From Eledone cirrhosa (Eukaryota), in contig OZ024750.1 of assembly GCA_964016885.1 (NCBI GenBank), forward strand, positions 38,502,001-38,566,000: a DNA stretch of 64,000 nucleotides, written 5' to 3'. Below the pieces are notes generated by a model that was not told where the DNA came from, did no database searches, and saw nothing but the letters and a program-made list of their open reading frames with translations. Numbering within the stretch: the first letter of the stretch is position 1; the number at the start of each line of letters is the position of its first letter. Positions 13,428-26,951 of the stretch are shown here, one piece after another. Both the position numbers and the translations under genes were made by a program.

Positions 13428-13700
13428 ATCTAAAGTGTATTTAGCCTTCTAGTTTGTATATTATGATTTCTTTATAGATAGTTTCTGTTCTTTTTTCCTT
13501 TTTTGTTCCCTTATTACACAAATCAGTTTCCAATTGCTTGCTTCTAAAACACAATTGTAGTCCAAAATGTTGTCTATAATAACTCACAATTTGTATTAGG
13601 TTCTGACGTCCTTGTCTATGCTGTAGGTTTATCCAAACTATATTTGTGTGTTCCAAATGCAGTCATTTTTTGTTTTATTTCTGTGGGAGCGCTTGTGTGT

Positions 13701-13701
<1 letters not shown>

Positions 13702-13747
<46 letters not shown>

Positions 13748-13990
13748 TTTACGTCCGCTTTTCCCTGCTTGCAAGGGTGGGACGGGTCCTATTCAGCACA
13801 GCATCACTCCACTTGTCACGGTCCTTCGTCGTCATCTCCTCTGTGAGCTTCAGCGATCTGAGGTCAGCTCTCACCACCTCAGCCCATGTTTTTCGTTGTT
13901 TTCCTCTACTGCGTCTTCCTTCTACTGGGATTTCTTGGCACTTCTTTACCCAGCAGTCATCCTCCATGCGCATCACATGTCCATACCATC
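13702..13990 (-). mobile_element. RTE LINE 3' terminal fragment with (CAT)n tail
   Basis: MMRMEDDCWVKKCQEIPVEGRRSRG...; highly similar to 48873-49110. Confidence 0.85.
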
Positions 13991-14309
13991 TCAGTTTATA
14001 CCTATTAACTGATTTCTAGCATTGAGTTAAGTTTTTAATACTAGTTTGAATCTTCTGAATTACTCTTTTCTAAGTCTCTCTTTCGTTGTTATGTGCTGTA
14101 TCGCATCAGTTTTATCTTTCCACGAGAAATGAAGACATTAACAGCCAGACTATATATCTCCTGTCGTCTGTCTTTGCCAGAAATCATTGTTGCTATCATT
14201 ATTGTTTGTTTTCGGTTCATGCGAGGTTTCCATGGCCCCAGTGCAACTGTTGTACACAATATCGTGTTTTGTGGATGGTGTAGTGAAAATATCTCTTATG
14301 TTATATATT

Positions 14310-14695
14310 GCCCCACCCCACTTTGACCTCCCCCACCCCACTCTAACCTCCCCCGCCGCTGTAACTACCCCCACCCCACTGCAACCTCCCCACCACCCCA
14401 CTCTAACCTCCTCCATCCCACTCCAACCTCCCCCACCACTGTAACCTCCCCATCCCACTGCAACCTCCCCCACCCCATTCTAAACACCCCCACACCACTT
14501 TAACCTCCCCACCACCCCACTCTAACCTCCCCCATTCCACTCCAACCTCCCCCACCACCGTAACCACTCCCACCCTACTGTAACCTCCCTACCACCCTAC
14601 TGTAACCTCCCCACTCCACTGTAACCAGCCTTACCCCACCCCTACTCCTACCCCTACCCCCTAAAACACACCACCTCACCCCCACCCACCTCCTA
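14310..14695. repeat. C-rich degenerate minisatellite (ccccactctaacctcc-like)
   Basis: Direct reading. Confidence 0.8.
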
Positions 14696-15004
14696 TTTCA
14701 CCATCTAACGCTGATGGCGTCTGTAAAACAAAACACCAAACACAGAAACAATGACAACGAACACCTGTGCTTCAAGAGACTATTAAGGAAACCTGGAAAC
14801 TAGATTGTCTCGCTACTGTGAGCACGGACAAGTAATCTCTTCCACTCTTCCTAGACCTGGGGAGGTGTATATGTGTGAGGTCTGGTGTTGGACTGGAAGC
14901 AAGACCACCTCCCCATGTCACTCAATTTAGATATGGTAACCAGCAACGAGACCAGGATTTCTGAGGTATACATACACTGGTGCTCCTTCTCGGCAACTCT
15001 GTTG

Positions 15005-16040
15005 CGTATACACCTTTGGCAGTCCGGAGGGGCGGAGTGACGTACACACATTTGGTGGTCCGGAGTGGCGGAGTGGCGACGTGGCGTACACACCTTTGGT
15101 GGTCCGCAGTGGCGGAGTGACGTACACACCTTTGGTGGTCCGGAATGGCGGAGTGGCGGAGTGGCGTACACACCTTTGGTGGTCCGGAGGGGCGGAGTGA
15201 CGTACACACATTTGGTGGTCCGGAGTGGCGGAGTGGCGACGTGGCGTACACACCTTTGGTGGTCCGGAGTGGCGGAGTGACGTAAACACCTTTGGTGGTC
15301 CGGAATGGCGGAGTGGCGGAGTGGCGTACACACCTTTGGTGGTCCGGAGTGGCGGAGTGACGTACACACCTTTGGTGGTCCGGAGTGGCGGAGTGACGTA
15401 CACACCTTTGGTGGTCCGGAATGGCGGAGTGGCGGAGTGGCGTACACACCTTTGGTGGTCCGGAGTGGCGGAGTGACGTACACACCTTTGGTGGTCCGGA
15501 GTGGCGGAGTGACGTACACACCTTTGGTGGTCCGGAGTGGCGGAGTGACGTACACACCTTTGGTGGTCCGGAATGGCGGAGTGGCGGAGTGGCGTACACA
15601 CCTTTGGTGGTCCGGAGTGGCGGAGTGACGTACACACCTTTGGTGGTCCGGAGTGGCGGAGTGACGTACACACCTTTGGTGGTCCGGAATGGCGGAGTGG
15701 CGGAGTGGCGTACACACCTTTGGTGGTCCGGAGTGGCGGAGTGACGTACACACCTTTGGTGGTCCGGAGTGGCGGAGTGACGTACACACCTTTGGCGGTC
15801 CGGAGTGACGTACACACCTTTGGTGGTCCGGAGTGGCGGAGTGACGTACACACCTTTGGCGGTCCGGAGTGACGTACACACCTTTGGTGGTCCGGAGTGG
15901 CGGAGTGACGTACACATCTTTGGTGGTCCGGATTGGGTTGGGGTGACGTACAGATCTTTGGTGGTCCGGGTTGGTGGGGTGGCGTACACACCTTTGGCGG
16001 TCCGGAGTGGTGTACACACCTTTGGTGGTCCGGAGTGGGT
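15005..16040. repeat. GC-rich 36-bp minisatellite with 28- and 44-bp variants
   Basis: Unit cggagtggcggagtgacgtacacacctttggtggtc; length varies by an 8-bp cggagtgg subunit. Confidence 0.92.
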
Positions 16041-17236
16041 GAAGCAATGTACGGTCTGGATCGCCAAAGATTTGTACTCAGAAATGTCTGGATCACTAGA
16101 TACGAAAATATCTTCCCAAGCCCTGGTCAATCGGTGATCCTAGGTGTGTTCAGCTGTTATGACGGTGCCTTCTCACATCTGCTCGTCTGCGCCCTCACTG
16201 GATCAAAAAAAGCCAGATTAGTTCATTTGTTTAGAGGTATTCTTGGTAACGTCTTGTTCATTTGTGCTTTTGGCCGGTTGATATATCATATTGGACGTAC
16301 GATGGAATTGTATAGAAGCAAACTTGCTGGGACATTTTCAACAGTAAGACACGTATATAGATTTCTCGTATATACAAAAATGTATTGAATCGTCCAGATC
16401 GTATCTCGATAGAGTATTTATTAGGTCAGCAGATAATGATAGCACAGGGTAGTGGCAATTTATATTAGATAAACCAGAGTCAGCCGAGATAAGATTATTT
16501 AAACAGGAATTTAATTACTGCCCACAGCGACTGTACAGCGTGTACAGCCTACAGCGACTGGATTAGAAAACTACCTAAGCAGCGTGATCGTCAACAACCA
16601 GTGGCGAGTCTCTCTGTAGAGAGCCATTAGAGTAGAATAAATCTTGAAAGCATTACATTAAAAATAGGAGAGGCGATAAAAAGACATTGTGACCAACAAG
16701 TACGAAAATGGAGCGTGACCATTCCTTCTTCAAGAAAGACAATGGCTGCTATAACAGAAATAAGGTGAGTGTTGTTTGATACGATCAAACAAAAAATGTT
16801 TAATGGGTCGGACTAAATGTGGCGGAACGGTTTCGAATCCCTCACTAGGTTCATTGGGGATGTCTTCTCTCATTGCTTCTCTATGATTTGATTCTTGTTG
16901 CTCTCGAATTAGAGAGTGGGACGCTGGAAGGCCGTATGGTCATACGTAGATGTCACTGTTACAGTGTGGAATCCTGTAGAAATGGTGATGACCGGCATCA
17001 CACTGAAGAAATAGGAAATGGTAACAGCTGCACATATTAACCAAGCTGAAGTCGGTTGAATTATTACAGAGCATCTGGAAAGAGAAGTCAATGCTAACAA
17101 ACGTCGTAGGGGTGGGGGGCGTTGACCAATGGACTAGTTGTTTGGGGTCTATTTTAGTCAAGATATTCAAGTGTATAGGAAATGTTATGAGGTTTCTAGT
17201 AGGGGAGATGGGAACAGTCTAGACTTACGATTGTTA

Positions 17237-17821
17237 ACCTTTCCGACCTCACGGACCACTAAATTCATAATCTTAAATCCCACGGACCACTAATATGAAT
17301 TTAAAAAAAAAGATAAATACATTTGTAAAATAATTGTTTCTACTATTGGCACAAGGCCAGCAATTACCCAGTGTATTACTGGTACTTTATTTTATCAACC
17401 CCATAAGGATGAAAGGCAAAGTTAATCTCGGCGGGATTTGAACTCAGAATGGCAAGGGCCGTAACTCTATACGTCAAAGCATGGCGTCCGACCCTCTACC
17501 GATACGGCCAATCCACCGCCCGTTGTATACAGTTGTAAAATAGTGATCAGAGAACTTCCATCTTAAACAATACTGAAGTGTACCTGTGTCATATTGTCGA
17601 TAGATGATATATATTTGTAAAATTCTTTCATGGAAGTTAGTTCTTTACTGATGAGAAACATGTTTTAGGGGTGTTATAAAATATATTTTACCCGAATATT
17701 ATTTTTAGTTTATTATTGATAAAATATAAAAATTGCAAATAATGTCCAAATTTTTCTGCGGATCACCAAAAGTTTCTCTCGGACCACCAGAGGTCCATGG
17801 ATCACTGGTTGGCGACCGCTA
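17237..17821 (-). mobile_element. Second hAT MITE of the 12625 family, interrupted by a SINE
   Basis: tttccgacctcacggaccactaaattcataat... and ...ggttggcgaccgcta match the 12625 element reversed. The SINE at ~17333-17530 is flanked by a ttgtaaaata duplication. Confidence 0.7.
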
Positions 17822-17994
17822 CTCTAATCCATAAATGGGTTGAGAAGCTGTACTTAAAAGGTCGAACGAATAAATCGTTTCTGTTATAATTAGCCGCAAG
17901 ACCGTCATGCTTTGCTACAATTTTCATCTAACAATATTGGACTGTCTGCTCTTTCGTTTCTTATGGAAGGAGCAGGTTCAAGTGATAAGATATT

Positions 17995-18400
17995 ACAAGA
18001 AGTCTCCACTGCCAAGGGTACAACCGCAAACCTGTCGGAGAGCGACCGGTACTTGAAGAGCTTGGCCTCCTCAGCCTGACGTGCAGCAGAACCTGGGTTA
18101 GTCGCAGACTGCACCAGGTTGCAGCTGCAGAAAGTGTCGGTGCAAGTGATATCCCAGACGAGGGGTTTGCCACCGCGGAACGGGAAGGGGGTCATGCCAT
18201 CTGGCCTTTTGCCGCACCCTCGGTCCAGCCCCACCGGCTCGAGCCGGGAAGGGAAGCCTGCAGCGTCCAAGCCATACTTTGTGATCTCGTTGAGGGCAGC
18301 ATGGCGTGGAAGGCGGCCGGCACTGTGGCGACAGGAAAGCGGGTGGAGGCCGACAGCACCTTCTGTGCATGGAGTTCAGTATTCTCATGATATGTAAGCA
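17995..18400 (-). mobile_element. CRE-like RLE non-LTR retrotransposon endonuclease fragment
   Basis: LEPVGLDRGCGKRPDGMTPFPFRGGKPLVWDITCTDTF...AEEAKLFKY...VPLAVET is a PD-(D/E)xK restriction-like endonuclease pattern. Locally GC-rich. Confidence 0.75.
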
Positions 18401-20889
18401 TGCGCCGAGGCTGCAGTATCTGCAGGTGTTACTCAACAGTGAGCAAGTCTTGTCACCGTGTGTCATGTACATTTTCCATGATTCATTTCATTAGTAAAGC
18501 TAAAATAACGGGTCAAGACTAAACGCCAAGCATTTGGAATGTTTTCAATCATTCTCAGTTTTTACCAGACGTAATGAATCCTGTGTCACATTTACTTTAG
18601 TATTCTATAAAAAAACTAGGAGTACGACGGCATTTTGGGAAGCCGTGGACGTTCTCAGAATCAAATGGCTGCTCTGGTGCCGAGGTTTTCCTAACCAGAT
18701 ACTATAACTTTCAGAGATTTTTTTTTTCGCAGTGCTAATGGAGTGTGTATGTGAGAAGGGAACATTGTGGGTCTCAGGTAAACTGTAAAGGCACGGAAAT
18801 ACCATCTGTCAAGGTTTGTCCGGACAACTGTTGTTGTGTGCAGAACGGATCCGACAACAGTTATAATCCATCGTGATGACCGCATCACAGTTCTCTTATG
18901 ACTGAGAAAAAGAGGCACTTGTCCCCTGTCTGGTAGTTATAGCGGTAGAGGTAAGAGTGGCAGGAACAGCCATATTAAATGGGTTTACTGTTAGTATACA
19001 CCTGTAGAGCGAAGAATGTCATCTGGGAGAGAGCAATTCACCTTCGTAGACAGGGTAATACAAGCTCTGTGGACTTCCTTGATTAATCCCGGGTGACAGA
19101 CCTACTCTCGAAACCACTGCAACATATTTTTGCAAATAAAGGAGTCATTTTTACTAGACTAACATTTGGATCAGGAATAATAGGGAAGGTAAGAATCTAA
19201 TCTGGCTTTCTTGAATTAGCGAAACTAAGTGAATGTTAGTCAGTGAAGAATGTTCTGTACTCGAGGAGATGTGTTTAAGTCTTACCTTTGCAAGAGGAGA
19301 TGTGTTTAAGTCTTGCCTTACCAAGAGGAGATGTGTTTAAGTCTTACCTTTTCAGGATGTAGCAAGATGAAATGAGGTGAGACCAAAATATATCCCGTTT
19401 CTTCGTGGAATTTGTAAGAAATATTTTCTCAAGATGACAACATTTATGAATCGTTAAAGTGTTATGGTTGCTTAGTGAAAGGTAGGAAGGGGACAAACAT
19501 CCTGTTTTTTACCTTATTTTCCTATTTCTATTTATTTATTTATTTATTTATTGCACAATCGGAATCTCCGATGTCCAAAACATGGAAATCCGAAGACTGT
19601 TTAGAAGAGAAATAAAATCAAAAGTATAAACCTCAGCGGTGGATTGGCAGTATCGGTAGAGGGTTGGACGCCATGCTTTGCAGCACAGTTACGTCCCTTT
19701 ACGGACTGAGTTCAAATCCCGCCGAGGTTAACTTTGCCTTTCATCCTTACGGGGGTCGATAAAATAAAGTACCAGTAATGTACTGGGTAATTGCTGGCCT
19801 TGTGCCAAAAGTAGAAACAATTATTTACTAAGAAATATTCTCTTATTTGTTTCGGTCATCTGTTGTCAACATCTGTTGTGTAGGGGGGTTAGGTCATCTG
19901 TTGTGTAGGGGTTAGGTCATCTGTTGTCAACATCTGTTGTGTAGGGGGTTAGGTCATCTGTTGTGTGGGAGGTTAGGTCATCTGTTACAAACATCCCTTG
20001 TGTTGAGGGCTCGGTCATCTGTTGTCAACATCCCTTGTGTTGAGGGCTCGGCTATGATATCGCTGACATATGCTGACATATGCTGTGACTGAAATATATT
20101 CAGAGATTCTTGGATAGTCAGCAGGTTTAGTCGCTGTTTCTCACGTCAGTTTCTTTTGTGAGCCGTCACTTTCATGAAGCTAGTCATGGTCAAGTGAAGT
20201 CTGTCACTAGACGCCAGGCATTCGGAATGTTGTTGAACGTTCTCAATCTCTACCAGTGGAGTATTTAGGGGACACCTTTTCCTGTATTCGACTTTGTTCT
20301 CTACGTTTCTGTGGGGTTTTTTTTTGCTTCGTCAGGGAAGGAAGGGCAACACCCAAGGCTTCATTATTTCGAGGCCTTCATGTCTAGTGGGAGGAAGTTA
20401 TTCAGAAACCTCACCCAAATACTTGTAACAGAAAGAACTTCTCTACAAGTACCCAAGAATAAAGAGGTAATCTTAAACTGGGTGACGGATTAAAACCACC
20501 ACCCAAGAAAACAAAACACAGAGAACCAGAACAAAAACCTCAAGGTATCTCGTCTACTGCTCTAACAATTCTGCCGATCTACCATTCAGGACTGGCTCTT
20601 TATTTTATTGACCCTCAAAAGATGAACGGCAAAGTTGACCCCGTCGGTATTCGAACTGAAAGCTCAGAGTGCCGGAGTAAGTATTTTATTAATTAAAGCG
20701 CCATTAAGTAGCACGATGAGCGCCTAATCTTTCTATCAACGTTATCTTGCGGCTTCATATCAATGAACGCTCACAATCAACTTCTTTTCATTTACAAACA
20801 ATTTAAATCGAGCAGTATGCTGGAAAACATTGTAAACCGCAACAAATGCAAACTGGAAAACGAAACTAAATGTCGTATTAAAGTATTAA

Positions 20890-21073
20890 ATGGCAACTGT
20901 TATGGACGATTCAGCTGTAAATAAAAAAATACTCCAGCGGAATTACGAAGTTGACTATTCCGACACTAAATCAGAAAATACAAATATCCTCAACAAGAAT
21001 GATTCTACCAAATATGTTTTGAATTACCGCATACCATTGTTGAAGCGTGATTATATTGTTACAAGATCACTGG
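20890..21073 (+). CDS. TSSK: TSSK-like kinase gene B, exon 1
   Basis: ATG at 20890; ends ...LLKRDYIVTRSLG with a G|gtaagt donor (phase 1), which joins in frame to exon 33788 to give the Gly-rich loop LGNGSFSKV. Confidence 0.8.
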
Positions 21074-21175
21074 GTAAGTCAATAGTTTCTTGAAAACTTA
21101 GTTGAGGTTTAAAGGCCCAACACAGCGCCCCTGTGACATCACCAACAGTTAAAAGACGATGGCAGGGTAAAGCAT

Positions 21176-22564
21176 AGTATGGCATGGTATGGCATGGTAT
21201 GGTATGGTGTGGTATGGTGTGGTATGGTGTGGCATGGTATGGTATGGTGTGGTATGGTGTGGTATGGTGTGGCACGGTATGGTATGGTATGGTGAGGTGT
21301 GGTATGGTGTGGTGTGGTATGGTATGGTGTGGTGTGGTGTGGTATTGGTGTGGTATGGTGTGGCACGGTATGGTATGGTGTGGTGTGGTGTGGTATGGTG
21401 TGGTGTGGTATGGCACGGTATGGTATGGTATGGTATGGTATGGTGTGGTATGGTGTGGTATGGTGTGGTATGGTGTGGCACGGTATGGTATGGTGTGGTG
21501 TGGTGTGGTATGGTGTGATATGGTGTGATATGGTGTGGCACGGTATGGTATGGTATGGTGTGGTGTGGTATGGTGTGGTGTGGTATGGTATGGTGTGGTG
21601 TGGTATGGTGTGGTGTGGTATGGCACGGTATGGTATGGTATGGTATGGTGTGGTATGGTGTGGTATGGTGTGGCACGGTATGTCATGGTGCGGTGTGGTG
21701 TGGTATGGTGTGGCACGGTATGGTATGGTATGGTGTGGTGTGGTATGGTGTGGTGTGGTATGGTATGGTGTGGTGTGGTATGGTGTGGTGTGGTATGGTA
21801 TGGTGTGGTGTGGTGTGGTGTGGTATTGGTGTGATATGGTGTGGTGTGGTATGGTGTGGTGTGGTATGGTATGGTGTGGTGTGGTGTGGTATTGGTGTGG
21901 TATGGTGTGGCACGGTATGGTATGGTGTGGTGTGGTATGGTATGGTGCGGTGTAGTATGGTATGGTGTGGTGTGGTATGGTGTGGCACGGTATGGTATGG
22001 TATGGTGCGGTGTGGTATGGTATGGAGTGGTGTTGTGTGGTATGGAGTGGTGTGGTGTGGTATCCTATGGTATGGTGTGGTATGGTGTGGTGTGGTGTGG
22101 TGTGGTATCGTATGGTATGGTGTGGTATGGTGTGGTGTGGTGTGGTGTGGTGTGGTGTCGTATGGTATGGACGCACACATATACAACATATATATCGTGT
22201 GGTATGGTATGGTGTGGCGTGGCGTGGTGTGGTGTGGTGTGGTGTGGTGTGGTGTGGTGTGGTGTGGTATGGCATGGTGTGGTGTGGTGTGGTGTGGTGT
22301 GGTGTGGTATGGTATGGTGTGGTGTGGTGTGGTGTGGTATTGGTGTGTTATGGTATGCTGTGGTGTGGTATGGTATGGTGTGGTATGGTGTGGTATTGTA
22401 TGGTATGGTGTGGTATGGCATGGTGTGGTATGGTGTGGTGTGGTATGGCATGGTGTGGTATGGTGTGGTATGGCATGGTGTGGTATGGTGTGGTGTGGTA
22501 TGGCATGGTGTGGTATGGTGTGGTATGATCGTTACATTTGCACACATACACGCATGTGTGTTTA

Positions 22565-22601
<37 letters not shown>

Positions 22602-22744
22602 CACGTAATAAAAAAAAGAAATTATTTATACACATATTTACCAAAATTAACCTCTATTCCAATTCCTGATTGAAAGCCGCCATTACTATACTGTGGTTTT
22701 TAAATTACCCACCACAAAAAGATCTGTGACAAACAAATAAACTG

Positions 22745-22821
<77 letters not shown>

Positions 22822-25800
22822 CACACACCACTACAAATGTAAACAAAAATATATATACAACATCTATATATATATATATATAATATACATAAAAACCTTT
22901 TCTTTCTTTACCTAAAAAATATTTCTCTGACTACGTTTTGATCCCATCACACTTACAATAAGACATACACACACACATATATATAAATGTGTGTGTGTGT
23001 ACCTACACTCACACACGCACGCACACATATACAACATATATATATCGTGTGGTATTGGTGTGGTGTGGTGTGGTGTGGTGTGGTGTGGTATTGGTGTGGT
23101 GTGGTGTGGTGTGGTGTGGTGTGGTGTGGTATTGGTGTGGTGTGGTGTAGTGTGGTGTGGTGTGGTGTGGTGTGGTGTGGTAATGGTGTGGTGTGGTATG
23201 GCATGGTGTGGTATGGCGTGGCGTGGTGTGGTGTGGTGTGGTGTGGCATGGTGTGGTGTGATGGGGTGTGGTGTGGTGTGGTATGGTGTGGTATGGCATG
23301 GTGTAGTGTGGTGTGGTGTGGTATGGTGTGGTGTGACATGGTGTGGTGTGATGGGGTGTGGTGTGGTGTGGTATTGGTGTGGTGTGATGTGGTGTGGTGT
23401 GGTGTGGTGTGGTATGGTGTGGTGTGGTGTGGTGTGGTGTGGTGTGGTGTGGTGTGGTGTGGTGTGGTGTGGTGTGGTGTGGTGTGGTGTGGTGTGGTGT
23501 GGTGTGGTGTGGTATGGTGTGGTGTGGTGTGGTATGGTGTGGTATGGTGTGGTGTGGTGTGGTATGGTGTGGTATGGTATGGTGTGGTGTGTTGTGGTAT
23601 GGTGTGGTATGGTGTGGTGTGGTGTGGTGTGGTGTGGTGTGGTGTGGTGTGGTATGGTGTGGTGTGGTATGGTATGGTGTGGTGTGGTGTGGTATGGTGT
23701 GGTGTGGTGTGGTGTGGTGCGGTGTGGTATGGTGTGGTGTGGTATAGTGTGGTTTGGTGTGGTGTGGTGTGGTGTGGTGTGGTGTGGTGTGGTACGGTGT
23801 GGTGTGGTGTGGTGTGGTGTGGTGTGGTGTGGTGCGGTGTGGTATGGTGTGGTGTGGTATGGTGTGGTGTGGTGTGGTGTGGTGCGGTGTGGTGTGGTCT
23901 GGTCTGGTATGGTGTGGTGTGGTGTAGTGTGGTGTGGTGTGGTGTGGTGTGGTGTGGTGTGGTGTGGTGTGGTGTAGTGTGGTGTGGTGTGGTGTGGTGT
24001 GGTGTGGTGTAGTGTGGTGTGGTCTGGTCTGGTATGGTGTGGTGTGGTGTGGTGTGGTGTGGTGTGGTGTGGTGTGGTGTGGTGTGGTGTGGTGTGGTGT
24101 GGTGTGGTGTGGTGTGGTGTGGTGTGGTGTGGTGTAGTGTGGTGTGGTGTGGTGTGGTGTGGTGTGGTGTGGTGTGGTGTGGTGTGGTCTGGTCTGGTCT
24201 GGTATGGTGTGGTGTGGTGTGGTGTGGTGTGGTATGGTGTGGTGTGGTGTGGTGTGGTATGGTATGGTGTGGTATGGTATGGTGTGGTGTGGTGTGGTGT
24301 GGTGTGGTGTAGTGTGGTGTGGTGTGGTGTGGTATGGTGTGGTGTGGTGTGGTGTGGTGTGGTATGGTATGGTATGGTGTAGTATGGTGTGGTGTGGTGT
24401 GGTGTGGTGTGGTGTGGTGTGGTGTAGTGTGGTGTGGTGTGGTGTGGTGTGGTGTGGTGTGGTGTGGTGTGGTGTGGTATGGTATGGTGTGGTGTGGTGT
24501 GGTGTGGTGTGGTATGGTATGGTATGGTGTAGTATGGTGTGGTGTGGTGTGGTGTGGTGTGGTGTGGTGTGGTGTGGTGTGGTGTGGTGTGGTGTGGTGT
24601 GGTGTGGTGTGGTATGGTGTGGTGTAGTGTGGTGTGGTGTGCTGTGGTGTGGTGTGGTGTGGTGTGGTGTGGTATGGTGTGGTGTGGTATGGTGTGGTGT
24701 GGTATGGTATGGTATGGTATGGTATGGTGTAGTGTGGTGTGGTGTGGTGTGGTGTGGTGTGGTGTGGTGTGGTGTGGTGTGGTGTGGTGTGGTGTGGTAT
24801 GGTGTGGTGTGGTGTGGTGTGGTGTGGTGTGGTATGGTATGGTATGGTGTAGTATGGTGTGGTGTGGTGTGGTGTGGTGTGGTGTGGTGTGGTGTGGTGT
24901 GGTGTGGTGTGGTGTGGTGTGGTGTGGTGTGGTGTGGTATGGTGTGGTGTGGTGTGGTGTGGTATGGTGTGGTGTGGTGTGGGGTGGTGTGGTATGGTGT
25001 GGTGTGGTGTGGTGTGGTGTGGTGTGGTGTGGTGTGGTGTGGTGTGGTGTGGTGTGGTATGGTGTGGTGTGGTGTGGTGTGGTATGGTGTGGTGTGGTAT
25101 GGTGTGGTGTGGTATGGTGTGGTGTGGTATGGTATGGTATGGTATGGTGTGGTGTAGTGTGGTGTGGTGTGCTGTGGTATGGTGTGGTATGGTATGGTAT
25201 GGTATGGTGTAGTGTGGTGTGGTGTGCTGTGGTGTGGTGTGGTGTGGTGTGGTGTGGTGTGGAGTGGTGTGGTGTGGTATGGTATGGTGTGGTGTGGTGT
25301 GGTGTGGTGTGGTGTGGTATGGTGTGGTGTGGTATGGTATGGTGTGGTGTGGTATGGTATGGTATGGTATGGTGTAGTGTGGTGTGGTGTGGTGTGGTGT
25401 GGTGTGGTGTGGTGTGGTGTGGTGTGGTGTGGTGTGGTGTGGAGTGGTGTGGTGTGGTATGGTATGGTGTGGTGTGGTGTGGTATGGTATGGTATGGTGT
25501 GGTGTGGTGTGGTGTGGTGTGGTGTGGTGTGGTGTGGTGTGGTGTGGTGTGGTGTGGTGTGGTGTGGTGTGGTGTGGTGTGGTATGGCATGGTGTAGTGT
25601 GGTGTGGTGTGGTGTGGTGTGGTGTGGTGTGGTGTGGTGTGGTGTGGTGTGGTGTGGTGTGGTGTGGTGTGGTGTGGTGTGGTGTGGTGTGGTGTGGTGG
25701 TGAGGTGTGGTGTGGTGTGGTGTGGTGTGGTGTGGTGTGGTGTGGTGTGGTGTGGTGTGGTGTGGTGTGGTGTGGTGTGGTATGGTGTGGTGTGGTGTGG

Positions 25801-26360
25801 TGTGGTGAGGTGTGGTGAGGTGTGGTGTGGTGTGGTGTGGTGTGGTGTGGTGTGGTGTGGTGTGGTGTGGTGTGGTGTGGTGTGGTGTGGTGTGGTGTGG
25901 TGTGGTGTGGTGTGGTATGGTGTGGTGTGGTGTGGTGTGGTGGTGAGGTGTGGTGTGGTGTGGTGTGGTGTGGTGTGGTGTGGTGTGGTGTGGTGTGGTG
26001 TGGTGTGGTGTGGTGTGGTGTGGTGTGGTGTGGTGTGGTGTGGTGGTGAGGTGTGGTGTGGTGTGGTGTGGTGTGGTGTGGTGTGGTGTGGTGTGGTGTG
26101 GTGTGGTGTGGTGTGGTGTGGTGTGGTGTGGTGTGGTGTGGTGAGGTGAGGTGTGGTGTGGTGTGGTGTGGTGTGGTGTGGTGTGGTGTGGTGTGGTGTG
26201 GTGTGGTGTGGTGTGGTGTGGTGTGGTGTGGTGTGGTGTGGTGTGGTGTGGTGTGGTATGGTGTGGTTTGGTGTGGTGTGGTGTGGTGTGGTGTGGTGTG
26301 GTGTGGTGTGGTGTGGTGTGGTGTGGTGTGGTGTGGTGTGGTGTGGTGTGGTGTGGTGTG
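21176..26360. repeat. About 5 kb pentanucleotide (TGGTG/TGGTA)n array in gene B intron 1
   Basis: Direct reading; interrupted at 22525-23045 by unique and (CA)n sequence. Confidence 0.97.
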
Positions 26361-26526
26361 AAACATGTATGATAAAATAATCTGGTATTATAAAGTCATT
26401 TTCTTTTAATAATATTGTTCCACCATAAGACAACACTTGCTTCATGATCCTGTAAATACACAGGCGAAACTCCAGACAAACAAGACTTGGCTTTAATAAA
26501 TTATATATATATATATATATACACAC

Positions 26527-26655
26527 AGCTGTTGAAACGACCGGAGCTCAGCCGTCGGGGTCCTGAATCTTTTCATATTACCCACTCTGCTACATCAAGA
26601 TCCAGTACTCTGGTGCGTTATGATCCACCTGTTATCTTACCACACTCTCTTTGTT

Positions 26656-26700
<45 letters not shown>

Positions 26701-26885
26701 CAAGTAAGACCCCGACGGCTGAGCTCAAGCCGTTTCGGCGGCTAATTCTGTACAGAATTAGCCGTCGAAACGGCTTGAGCTCAGCTGTCGGGGTCTTACT
26801 TGTTCCTATTACCCACTCTACTACCCTAAGTATTGAGTACTTTGGTGCGTTATGGTCCGCCTGGTTCCTTACCACATTTCCTTCG

Positions 26886-26951
<66 letters not shown>

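Noticed and set aside
12767-16040. CRISPR-like appearance of the 39-bp and 36-bp repeats
   Set aside because: No unique spacers, no cas genes, and a eukaryotic context.
21051-26526. His/Thr/Pro-rich and VVWCG ORFs up to 1204 aa
   Set aside because: Pentanucleotide repeat artefacts.
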